Notes: generated from the letters alone by a model not told the origin. A DNA stretch of 64,000 nucleotides from Candidatus Cloacimonadales bacterium (GCA_963677815.1 OY782499.1:202347-266346), one strand, 5' to 3'. Numbered from the stretch's first letter, positions 33,201 through 41,241 are shown. Program-made: numbers and translations.

Positions 33201-36134
33201 AACATAATTTGTTCCATCACTTCTAACAGTCAGAGATTTGTTATCAGCTAGAGAATAGTTATAGAATTCATCTGAACTTGAGTGAAAACCAGACTCGGTT
33301 GCAAAGAATAATACTAATAAGTTATCAGTATTGTTATATACGAATGGAGTAGCAAGGTCTATAGTCACAATTGGATTTGTTGTATCAACAGTCATAGTTC
33401 CACTATAAACATGAGTAAAACCATCAAGTTCCCAATCATATGTATCAGCAAAACTATCTTTAGTAGTATGTTTCATATAAACTTCAATAGTTTCTGACCA
33501 TGCTGAGTTGTTATTATAAAGATAAGAGATTGAAGAAATAGCTGAATCATCTATGTCAAGCTCTTCTTGAAGATAGATATTTTGAGTCATTGTGTAACCA
33601 TAATATGGTTCCATTGGCATACCGTGGTTAACACTTCTAACTCCATCAAATACTAAATCAGCATCTGGGAATGGTGAAAGACCAGTTGTAAATGACCAGA
33701 CCACAATACCTTCAGTTGGTTGACCTACTACATTATAAGGCACAACTTTCCAGTAGTATGTAGTATCATAATCACCAGAGTAAGCATAAGTTGTTTCTGC
33801 TTGGTCTACAGGAGTAACACCAGCGAAAGTCTCGTCAGTTGAGAAATATACATAATAACCATCTGCACCTGTGGCAGCATTCCATGTTAAGTTACCATTT
33901 AAAGCTTGATCAGTGGCTTGGTCAGCTGGAGCTGTATAAGTTGTAGCTTCTGGAGCTGTACCTACAGTGTTAAAGGACCAAGTTTCAACTGAATCAGCAG
34001 GAGTTTCACCCATATAGTTACGATTTACTATTTTCCATTCATACTCAGTAAGAGTTAATAAACCTGTAACCTGATATTCATCTACCACTGGAATATCATT
34101 TTCAACCATGACCATTGAACCAGCTTCACCAAAATAAATATCTATTGTTTCAGTGTAATCAACATTGTCCCAAGTCAAAGTAAGAGTAGAAGGTTGATCT
34201 ACTGCATCATCAGCTGGGAATGGGTTTGTTGCACCATCAGTTGGAGCAGGAATAGATTCAGAATTGATAGTCATAATAAATTCACCTGAATTTGTATTGT
34301 AACCAGAAACAACTATATAGTAATCACCAGCTAAAGCAAATGAAGGATTCATTTTTGACCATACTGCTCTATCTCTTGCTTTTTCTCCATCATTGAATCT
34401 ACTTCCACCTGTACCAGCACTTGATTCATCATCATTATAGTACCAAGCATCAGTGTTTTGAGTAGCATTATCAATTTGTTCGAATGAATTGAATACCCAA
34501 AGTTTGGTATCCCAAGTAGTTCCTTCTAAAGAAATATCAAGAATCTTTGCTTGAGGTAAAGTAAGTTGATATACAACTGAAGGACTTGAACAGAAATCAT
34601 AAGTATTGTTATAAGGTGCTGTTGTGTGTTCTTCAATAATTTCATTTGCTAATGTTAGAACAAATGGATTATTGTGATCATCACCTGTAGAATCTAAAAC
34701 TTCAACAGTTAAAGCAACATCATGATTAATTGGCACAAAAGGATTTCCTGGATCAGTTTGTTTGAATCTTAAAGAAGATGTATGTGTACCAATAAGGGTT
34801 GTAAGAGGCTTCACAGCAACAGAAATTGATGCTTGTGGTTCCAAAGTTACAGGATAAGTATTTTCATCAATTAATTGGAAATAACTTGTATTTAAAATTG
34901 AAGTTTCAGTAATTTCAGCAGAAACTCCACCAACATTTGAGATTGTTACAGTAGTAGGAGTAGCTGTTGTGTCTTGATACATCAATCCACCAAAATCAAC
35001 AGTTTCTGGTATAAGATTAATAATAGCTTCAGTAGGTACCTCTTCAATATTAACATCATCTAAATAAATTGATCTGTAAGTTCCACCAAATCCATGCTTG
35101 AAAGAAACATGATCTTCTGCACGGTCACCTGGTAAATCAACTATATATTGAGTGTAAGTAGTTGTTAAGCTTAAAGAATCTAATCTTGTAAAAGTTGCCT
35201 CATCAGTAGCATCAGTCATAGTCCCAACATAAAGAATAGTACCAGCAGTACTTCCCTTAGCTGAGAATCTAACTCTATTACCAGCATTCTCAACTTTTGG
35301 AGTAGAACCGATAATGTCTCCTGTAGAAACTGAACTGTTATATATTTTATAAGAGTTTTCTCCACTTAAAGCATTTGAATTATCTACTTCAGCATAAGTG
35401 TAAGAATTACCTGTATTGTCTAAACTTATCCAACCAGGAGCTTGTTCTCCATCTTCGGAATTATCAAAATTCTCTAAATAAGGAACACTTGCAGTGCCAT
35501 ATTCAGATGTGAAAGACCAAACTGCTGTTTCTGTTTCTAAGGCAGTTGCACTTACAGCAACAACTTTCCAATAGTAAGTTGTATTTAAAGCTAAAGTTGG
35601 ACTATATGGAGATGTAGCAGGATCTACCATTATAGCATCAGTTAATTCAGCATTATCAGCTATATATAAAACTGCGTGATCTGTGTTATCACCAGTTGTC
35701 CATTCTAAAGTTGCATCTATAGCAACGTTGACTGCACCATTTGCAGGACTAGTTAAAACTGGTATGCTTGGAGAACCAGCTTGTGGCACAGTATAAGATA
35801 CATTACCTGGTGTAACTCCACCTTGACCTGATTCAGCAACAACAATACCTAATTCATTCTTAATTTGGTATTCGTTTTCAGTTGACCATGAACCAGCAGT
35901 ATAGACTGTTGATAATTCATGTCCAGGTTCTATAGCAAAGGTATGTGATTCAGGACCGTTTCCATCTTCAATTGTTAAATTCTCTAAAACAGGTGAGCCA
36001 TCAACGTTGACAGTTACTGAACCACCGTTCCAGCCATCACCATAGGAATCTACTAATTCGATTGTATAATCTAAAGCAAATACACTTGTTATCATTAAAA
36101 CACTTAGCAAAAGAGCTAATATAGTTTTTTTCAT
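30210..36134 (-). CDS. giant secreted multidomain surface protein P2 (paralogue of P1/P3; class-B C-terminal domain)
   Basis: Start at ATG 36134 (MKKTILALLLSVLMITSVFA, RBS GGGAGA). The N-terminal YGDGWNGG module is shared with P3. The Fn3-like, Ig-like and PPC-like modules are shared with P1 and P3 in a different order. Confidence 0.85.
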   Translation of the reverse strand: MKKTILALLLSVLMITSVFALDYTIELVDSYGDGWNGGSVTVNVDGSPVLENLTIEDGNGPESHTFAIEPGHELSTVYTAGSWSTENEYQIKNELGIVVAESGQGGVTPGNVSYTVPQAGSPSIPVLTSPANGAVNVAIDATLEWTTGDNTDHAVLYIADNAELTDAIMVDPATSPYSPTLALNTTYYWKVVAVSATALETETAVWSFTSEYGTASVPYLENFDNSEDGEQAPGWISLDNTGNSYTYAEVDNSNALSGENSYKIYNSSVSTGDIIGSTPKVENAGNRVRFSAKGSTAGTILYVGTMTDATDEATFTRLDSLSLTTTYTQYIVDLPGDRAEDHVSFKHGFGGTYRSIYLDDVNIEEVPTEAIINLIPETVDFGGLMYQDTTATPTTVTISNVGGVSAEITETSILNTSYFQLIDENTYPVTLEPQASISVAVKPLTTLIGTHTSSLRFKQTDPGNPFVPINHDVALTVEVLDSTGDDHNNPFVLTLANEIIEEHTTAPYNNTYDFCSSPSVVYQLTLPQAKILDISLEGTTWDTKLWVFNSFEQIDNATQNTDAWYYNDDESSAGTGGSRFNDGEKARDRAVWSKMNPSFALAGDYYIVVSGYNTNSGEFIMTINSESIPAPTDGATNPFPADDAVDQPSTLTLTWDNVDYTETIDIYFGEAGSMVMVENDIPVVDEYQVTGLLTLTEYEWKIVNRNYMGETPADSVETWSFNTVGTAPEATTYTAPADQATDQALNGNLTWNAATGADGYYVYFSTDETFAGVTPVDQAETTYAYSGDYDTTYYWKVVPYNVVGQPTEGIVVWSFTTGLSPFPDADLVFDGVRSVNHGMPMEPYYGYTMTQNIYLQEELDIDDSAISSISYLYNNNSAWSETIEVYMKHTTKDSFADTYDWELDGFTHVYSGTMTVDTTNPIVTIDLATPFVYNNTDNLLVLFFATESGFHSSSDEFYNYSLADNKSLTVRSDGTNYVTTFPTSVPSGTLKAFRPVSGFTYEEVSADPVFTVSADTLTFTDQIMGTDSDSQTLTISNLGLGTLGITNIEIVGTNADQFILTDNNTYPASLEITENISVGVVYSPNNEGDHTAQLEITDDQARVVNVVELVGNSVDTNIYATDLPWNESFEGSLLGWSTIIETTSPDYAGITLNTSTTNVQDGSTAIQFYNSGDLTANLQLIAPNLVPDMDGYRLRFWTKGTIDSEIILAKWDSDMTILTAIDTFAVPLTYEQTTIEFEGTTTGNERFAFIPVFATTYDYVYLDNITFEATPLVPVAELSTNAIDFGEIEVATTSVAEEVTITNVGPGTLNISNVGITGTDAGLFAWEYVEETPDMALENGESLAITVTFTPDALGLKEATLAITDDLARNVRVSYSSKAANTSRAVNEVALTGTGWLPPQGSTCSDPLPLTFPAVDVTGNTVDFLDDYSSTWISPSSSYLNGDDVVYQFTLANTMLLNGTITTTGSWMGAFILENEPNVDTPAEVLLTKSSSGNTLTYTNEMIPAGTYFLIISSYPSPQSVDYTINLTADALPIPEAATNPSPANQAIDQATALTLEWTNADYTETIDLYFGTTGAREMALVLDDVAAVEEYAVTDLDANTEYSWKVVCRNYTGETIADSVVTWTFTTVGSAPEAVTYTAPVDTATDVALSGNLTWQAGTGANGYYVYFSTDETFAGVTPEDQAGTSYAFSGLDYETTYYWKVIPYNVVGQATEGIVVWSFTTIPDPTMPMPVTIDFEGTTANPAAITSENFSIGTNVHNTVGNVMYKNIYSSSSNGYIQFQAMNGITATSVISLDYRMTNWSAGTVGITSVEGHEYLNIYASTDNGATFDPVDAVNGTDHVDSAEFATFTADISAYAGQSVIFRFEMTDDEVNDYWFDIDNIYFGEPAVTDPDVPVNFAIANDGASITLTWDAAANANSYNIYGCDTPDGEFVFIEAVDGLTHTFTATDMMKFYSVKASTDTISPAKRFGRRN

Positions 36135-36538
36135 AATGTTTTTCTCCCATAACATTCTTAGTGTTATATCGTTTTTTTGGGTGTAACATATAATAGGAAG
36201 TGTTGAAAAATATCTACAAGTCGGACGCTTATGATTACTGTGGTGATGTAATCAAAAGCGTACCAGACATTGTCTTACGAATATTCTTAAAACTTCTCAA
36301 TGTGCTGTTACAAATTTAATTTTACTTACATAGGTGCTCTAGTTAATTGTTTGTTTGTTATGAGAATTACAGTGGTGAAGTAATTTCTCATCAACAATTT
36401 TCTTTGCACCATAGTCTCTTAATCTTCAGTTTCAATCAGTGTTTGGCTACTTTCTTATATAGTAGTGTGGTGGCATCTCATATTAGTGTAGCCCAACGTG
36501 ACCAAAGTAAAGATCTATTTCTCATTAATTCTAAGTAC

Positions 36539-36568
36539 ATTTTATGTTAATTTGTTTTTATCTGTCAA
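36539..36568 (-). promoter_or_regulatory. candidate promoter of P2 (implies ~400-nt leader)
   Basis: On the minus strand: TTGACA, 18 nt, then TAAAAT. A weaker alternative (TTGTAG-N18-TATTAT) lies about 60 nt upstream of the ATG. Confidence 0.35.
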
Positions 36569-36694
36569 TATCTTTTTTTTAGATTTTACTTTTTTTCTCA
36601 ATTTTGCCACAATTACTGAATTATCATTAGTTAAAGATGAAATGCAAATATGTGGATATGACTTGCATTTTAACATGTAACTCGGGATTGCTCT

Positions 36695-36974
36695 AACTGG
36701 GAACGCGGGATTCCAGCCCGCTAACTGGGAACGCGGGATTCCAGCCCGCTAACTGGGAACGCGGGATTCCAGCCCGCTAACTGGGAACGCGGGATTCCAG
36801 CCCGCTAACTGGGAACGCGGGATTCCAGCCCGCTAACTGGGAACGCGGGATTCCAGCCCGCTAACTGGGAACGCGGGATTCCAGCCCGCTAACTGGGAAC
36901 GCGGGATTCCAGCCCGCTAACTGGGAACGCGGGATTCCAGCCCGCTAACTGGGAACGCGGGATTCCAGCCCGCA
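36695..36974 (+). repeat. perfect head-to-tail tandem array of a 28-bp REP unit (AACTGGGAACGCGGGATTCCAGCCCGCT), 10 units, no spacers
   Basis: Units start at 36695, 36723, 36751, 36779, 36807, 36835, 36863, 36891, 36919 and 36947. Nine are identical 28-mers, and the tenth runs into the REPIN at 36947. Confidence 0.98.
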
Positions 36975-37056
36975 CCACGTACTTCTGTACGTGGTTATTC
37001 TTGAGAAGTCCAGCACTAACGTGCTGGACGCGGGCAGGATGCCCGCATTCCCAGTT
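36947..37056 (+). repeat. 110-bp REPIN-like composite element, copy B
   Basis: Structure is AACTGGGAACGCGGGattccagCCCGC, then hairpin CCACGTACttctGTACGTGG, a spacer, hairpin CCAGCACtaacGTGCTGG, then GCGGGCaggatGCCCGCATTCCCAGTT. The termini are inverted REPs. Confidence 0.95.
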
Positions 37057-37078
37057 AGGAGGATGCCTATTCCCCCAG

Positions 37079-37639
37079 TTATCTTTCTCTTTTCTTACCA
37101 TTATTCTTAATATAATTAATTACTTTAAAGTAGTGGTCCTCATTTCTTATATAGCGATCAAAATAATCATCCATCCAAAATTTACCTTTTCGCTTTAGCA
37201 ATTGATTTGCTTTCTTTGCAGTAAAGGATTTCCAACTTTGAATTATTTCGTGGAGATGTTGACTTTCATAAGGTCCAATCAAAACATGCACATGATTTGG
37301 CATAATTATCATTTCAATTAAGTCATATCTTACTTTATCAAAATATTTAAGAGCATTTTCAACAATTTCATACACTTTCGGATTTTTTAGATAGCATTGA
37401 CCATATCCATTATCTTCATATCTATGTAGAAATTGTTGTAATCTTTCATATTCACAGCTATTTTTATCTATTGATTTTTTCATAATAGCTAATTCACTTT
37501 TTTTGTATTCAATTACCTGTTGCGGAATAGAATCATGTAATCTAAATGTTATGAATTGATACACTTTATCATTATCATAGTGAGGAATACCACTTCTCTT
37601 ATAATAACCTTTTAGTTCTTCTTCAAATAAGAAACACAC
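37079..37639 (-). CDS. REP-associated tyrosine transposase (RAYT; IS200/IS605-type Y1 HUH transposase family)
   Basis: 186 aa with HUH motif PNHVHVLIG and the C-terminal Tyr motif FWMDDYFDRYIRNEDHYFKVINYIKNNG. RBS is AGGAGG. No IS ends or tnpB are present; the gene is flanked on both sides by REP arrays. Confidence 0.8.
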   Translation of the reverse strand: MCFLFEEELKGYYKRSGIPHYDNDKVYQFITFRLHDSIPQQVIEYKKSELAIMKKSIDKNSCEYERLQQFLHRYEDNGYGQCYLKNPKVYEIVENALKYFDKVRYDLIEMIIMPNHVHVLIGPYESQHLHEIIQSWKSFTAKKANQLLKRKGKFWMDDYFDRYIRNEDHYFKVINYIKNNGKKRER

Positions 37640-37735
37640 ATTAACCTCCTACCTTGTTATTTTATCTAAGTAAAAATATATGTAAATAGTTATAATCCTG
37701 TCAACTGTAATTCTTTTTGGATTTTAGCTGGAAAT

Positions 37736-37933
37736 AACTGGGAACACGGGCATCTTGCTCGTTAACTGGGAACGCGGGATTCCAGCCCGCACCACGTACT
37801 TCTGTACGTGGTTATTCTTGAGAAGTCTAGCACTAACGTGCTGGACGCGGGCAAGATGCCCGCATTCCCAGTTATTTCGGGCAAGATGCCCGCATTCCCA
37901 GTTAAGCGGGCTGGAATCCCGCGTTCCCAGTTA
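37736..37933. repeat. REP cluster 5' of RAYT
   Basis: It contains a forward variant REP (AACTGGGAACACGGGCATCTTGCTCGT), REPIN C, then two REPs ending ..GCCCGCATTCCCAGTT and ..CCCGCGTTCCCAGTT in reverse orientation. Confidence 0.9.
37764..37873 (+). repeat. 110-bp REPIN-like composite element, copy C
   Basis: Near-identical to copy B and in the same orientation, on the other side of the RAYT gene. Confidence 0.95.
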
Positions 37934-37960
37934 AAAAAAAGCCCCGCGTTAGCGAGGCTT
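37933..37960 (-). terminator. terminator of P5
   Basis: On the minus strand: AAGCCTCGC-taac-GCGGGGCTT (one mismatch) followed by TTTTTTTT. Confidence 0.75.
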
Positions 37961-37986
37961 TTATTAGTTTATTTTCTAAGTATTAA

Positions 37987-40050
37987 TTACTTAATTTTTA
38001 CAATCTTGAAGTTCTTAGTTTGTGTAGGAGAAGTCATTCTTACAAAGTAGATACCATTAGCAACTTTCTTGTTGTTAAGGTCTCTGCCGTTGAATTCAAA
38101 GTTATGTTCACCAGCATTAAATGATTCTCTTCTTACAACTTGACCTAAAAGGTTGTAGATAGTTACAGTTGCAGTTTCGCCTTCTTTAACTCTTACAGTT
38201 GTAGAAGTAGATTCTGTGAAAGGTGAAGGACCGAAGTTACGGAAAGTAGTTTCTGTGATACCAGGAACTACAGGTTCATCTTCAACTGTTACAACGATAG
38301 GACCATGGAAAGAGTTTTCGTTACCTAATTCAGCAACTTCTAACCAGTAGTAGTAAGTTGTAGATTCAACTTCGCTATCTGTATAAGTGTAAGTTTGTGT
38401 TTGAGTTTGGTTAGCAGGAGCAACCATTGTAGGGTTGATTCTGATAGCTTGATCTTGGTTATCAGTTTCTGCTCTATATACATTATAACCTTGTAAGTTA
38501 CTTTCTGATTCAGTTACCCATTTTAATGTAACATATTCATTAGCATGTGCTTGAGCTGTGAATGATGAAAGTTCTACAGGAAGGCTAGGCTCTGTGATAA
38601 TAATATCAACAGGATCTTTAGCACCATCATAATTGATAGTAACAGTTACAACGCCACCAGGGAAAGCTGCATCATATTGATATACACCATCAATATATAG
38701 AGCACCCTGTAAGATGTTTGTTACAAATGTAAATACATATGTACCATTTACAGTTGGATTAACAGTTGCACCAAAGTTGAATGCACCAGCAAGTGGGAAA
38801 TTCTCGGAGAAATTTCCTGGTTCAGCAAATGGTGCTGGGACTGGAGGAGTAAATCCTGCAGGTGTTCCACCAGTAAATGTAACCTGTACTTGTACTTCTA
38901 CATTGTTAGGATTGTTATCGCCAGGAACTACCACAGGTGCTTCATCTTCATAGACAGCAGTAGTAGTGAAAGTACTAGTGTTCATTGTACCTTCGTTTGG
39001 ATATCTCTTAGGAGTAATTCTTTGAGCTTTTGAAGATTTCTTTCCAGCAGGAACGATATAAGGTTTTACACCCCATGTATATTCTGTGTTATAATCTAAC
39101 TCATAATCAAGAGTATATGTCATAACAGCTACATCTGCAACCATGTTCATATCTTCTCCAACAACACCAATATATAATTCATAACCAGTAGCAGCAGGAC
39201 CATCATAAGTCCATGTGAATTCTGGCATAAGAGCTACATCAGTTGCTTCATTTTCAGGAGTAGCATTAGTTGCCCAAGTTGGGTAAACTATTGGAGCTGC
39301 TTCAGTTGTAAATGACCATACAGGTGCATCACCTTCAGGATAAGTTTTGTCGCCACCTGGCATGTCATCCCATACAAATGGTTCAATTTTCCATTCATAT
39401 TCAGTTGAGTAAGCTAAATTAGGAACTTCAATTGAAAGTTCATTCCAATCACTTGCAGGGTTCATCCAATCAACAGCACCAACTGTACGATAATAGAAAT
39501 CATATAAGTCTGGTGTTGAACCTTCTGGATTTGCCCAGGTTAAAGTAACTGTAGTAGCTACACCAGTTGCATCATCTAATGGTGAAACAACAGTACACCA
39601 TTCTGGAGCTACGGGACCTGCAGGTCCGCCCCATGCGATTACGTCTGCATGAGTATGTTGGTCAGCACCTAATTTTGCTACATCTACAGGACCATATTCG
39701 TTACCATCTGCATCTATAAACCAAAATCTAGCGAGTGTACCAAAAACACCCCAGTTTGATAAAGGAGACATCTGAATATTCAATTTACCATCAATTTCAG
39801 AGTAAACAGTATTGTTTGTATTCTGATCCGCTTCTTCAGGCCAGTTCCAGTAAAGAACAGGGTTAGGAGCCCACATTTCTCCACCAAAACCTGCATTATA
39901 TTGGCAAGCTTTGAAACCAATAGTACCATTAGCGTGAAAATCTCCACCCTCTGTTGTAGTGTTAAAAATCAATAGATAAGGTGGTGCAATTTGAGCTAAT
40001 AATCCAAATACACTCAGTAATAATAAAGATACAATTAATAATTTTTTCAT
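37987..40050 (-). CDS. secreted Fn3-repeat protein P5 with T9SS type-A C-terminal sorting domain
   Basis: Signal peptide is MKKLLIVSLLLLSVFGLLAQ. There are three Fn3-like modules (..EYEWKIEPF, ..EYTWGVKPY). An LPVELSSFTA...YYYWLEV module is followed by the CTD ..TVTIYNLLGQVVRR...NGIYFVRMTS...KIVKIK. Confidence 0.85.
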   Translation of the reverse strand: MKKLLIVSLLLLSVFGLLAQIAPPYLLIFNTTTEGGDFHANGTIGFKACQYNAGFGGEMWAPNPVLYWNWPEEADQNTNNTVYSEIDGKLNIQMSPLSNWGVFGTLARFWFIDADGNEYGPVDVAKLGADQHTHADVIAWGGPAGPVAPEWCTVVSPLDDATGVATTVTLTWANPEGSTPDLYDFYYRTVGAVDWMNPASDWNELSIEVPNLAYSTEYEWKIEPFVWDDMPGGDKTYPEGDAPVWSFTTEAAPIVYPTWATNATPENEATDVALMPEFTWTYDGPAATGYELYIGVVGEDMNMVADVAVMTYTLDYELDYNTEYTWGVKPYIVPAGKKSSKAQRITPKRYPNEGTMNTSTFTTTAVYEDEAPVVVPGDNNPNNVEVQVQVTFTGGTPAGFTPPVPAPFAEPGNFSENFPLAGAFNFGATVNPTVNGTYVFTFVTNILQGALYIDGVYQYDAAFPGGVVTVTINYDGAKDPVDIIITEPSLPVELSSFTAQAHANEYVTLKWVTESESNLQGYNVYRAETDNQDQAIRINPTMVAPANQTQTQTYTYTDSEVESTTYYYWLEVAELGNENSFHGPIVVTVEDEPVVPGITETTFRNFGPSPFTESTSTTVRVKEGETATVTIYNLLGQVVRRESFNAGEHNFEFNGRDLNNKKVANGIYFVRMTSPTQTKNFKIVKIK

Positions 40051-40065
40051 TTTTTCTCCCCGATA

Positions 40066-40701
40066 TTATTTACGTGCGTTAGCGCGTTTACTTGTTATGT
40101 TTCTACCAGCTGGAGCATTCCAACCAGTATAAGCTTCGTTAGTGTAGATTAAGAATCCGTCGCCTATGTTGATATCAAAAGATGTTGCTGGTGAAGAAGT
40201 TGAATATTGAACCCAACCACCATTATTCCATGTAGTAATAGAAGTTACACCAGCACCTATTGAAGTAGCTAGTTCAGCTGCAGTAGTAATGTCACTTCTA
40301 TTTAATGGCAACATAATTTGATTAAAATCACTACCTGCAAAATCATAATTAGCTTGAGTTGGTAAAGTACCAGCACAGTAAAAATCAACATCGGTTGTGC
40401 CACCAAGATAAACTAAAAATGATTCTCCCTCTGAAATATCAAAGCTAGTAGCTGGTGATGATGTTGAGTATTGTGCCCAACCTCCATCCCATTTAGTTAT
40501 TGATGTAACATCTGGACTAATTGCAGCAGCTAATTCAGCTGTTGTAGTAATACCTGCATCCATTGGCAAGGCGATCATATTAAAATCGTTTGCATATAAT
40601 TCATATTTCACATATCCGACAACGTCACTGAAGTCTGATTCAACAGCGAACATAAAAGTTACGGACGCAATTAAAAGCGCTAAGACAAGCAACTTTTTCA
40701 T
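40066..40701 (-). CDS. small secreted protein with internal tandem duplication (unknown function), co-transcribed with P5
   Basis: Signal peptide is MKKLLVLALLIASVTFMFA and RBS is GGAGG. The two halves share ..TTAAELA..I...VTSIT.W..GGW.QYSTSSPATSFDI..G..FL.Y. A 15-nt gap separates it from the P5 start. Confidence 0.75.
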   Translation of the reverse strand: MKKLLVLALLIASVTFMFAVESDFSDVVGYVKYELYANDFNMIALPMDAGITTTAELAAAISPDVTSITKWDGGWAQYSTSSPATSFDISEGESFLVYLGGTTDVDFYCAGTLPTQANYDFAGSDFNQIMLPLNRSDITTAAELATSIGAGVTSITTWNNGGWVQYSTSSPATSFDINIGDGFLIYTNEAYTGWNAPAGRNITSKRANARK

Positions 40702-40755
40702 ATACGAACCTCCATAAGTTCATTTTTGTTTTGGTCACCACACCACTACAATGTC

Positions 40756-40784
40756 ATAATATGCAGATAAATAATAGCTGTCAA
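40756..40784 (-). promoter_or_regulatory. candidate promoter of the 211-aa gene / P5 operon
   Basis: On the minus strand: TTGACA, 17 nt, then TATTAT, about 55 nt upstream of the ATG at 40701. Confidence 0.45.
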
Positions 40785-40906
40785 ATATTTTTTTCCTTTT
40801 TAAGTTTTTTTCTCTTATCAAAGTATTTTTTAATGCCTTTGTAAAGGGGATTGAGGATAAAGGGAAATTATTCTTAACAATGCTAGCAGATGATTTTTTT
40901 TGTTAT

Positions 40907-41234
40907 AACTGGGATGGCGGATGACTACATCCGCCTTTGGCTTTTCTCAAAGCCAAAGTATAGCAGGGTAATTTTTTTAAACTACCTTGCTAATATTTAT
41001 CTTTTTCTTGAGAAAAAGATGCGGATGTGGACATCCGCATTCCCAGTTATTTAAGAGAAGAGCGGGCTGGAATCCCGCATTCCCAGTTAAGAAGCCTTTG
41101 CGGATGTGGACATCCGCATTCCCACTTATTTAAGAGAAGAGCGGGCTGGAATCCCGCATTCCCAGTTATTGAGTGGACATCCGCATTCCCACTTATTTAA
41201 GAGAAGAGCGGGCTGGAATCCCGCATTCCCAGTT
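40907..41234. repeat. REP cluster with three tandem REP doublets
   Basis: The doublet GCGGATGTGGACATCCGCATTCCCA(G/C)TT-ATTTAAGAGAAGA-GCGGGCTGGAATCCCGCATTCCCAGTT occurs at 41021-41089 and 41100-41168, with a truncated copy at 41173-41234. A forward REP at 40907 and three unrelated hairpins (40929-41018) are also present. Confidence 0.95.
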
Positions 41235-41241
41235 ATTGAGT

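Larger units (their letters stand above)
36695..37933. mobile_element. REPtron: RAYT gene bracketed by REP/REPIN arrays
   Basis: See the component features below. REPs lie in opposite orientation on the two sides of the RAYT gene, and two direct 110-bp REPIN copies flank it. Confidence 0.8.

Noticed and set aside
36347-36680. Small ORFs 36347-36550 and 36498-36680 in the P2 upstream region.
   Set aside because: They are AT-rich and low-complexity, have no RBS, and lie on the strand opposite to the surrounding transcription. The region is better explained as the P2 promoter and leader.
36695-36974. The regularly spaced 28-bp repeats looked at first like a CRISPR array.
   Set aside because: The units are directly abutting (period equals unit length, 28 bp), with no spacers and no cas genes. 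The unit is the same REP motif dispersed throughout the window and sits next to a RAYT gene.
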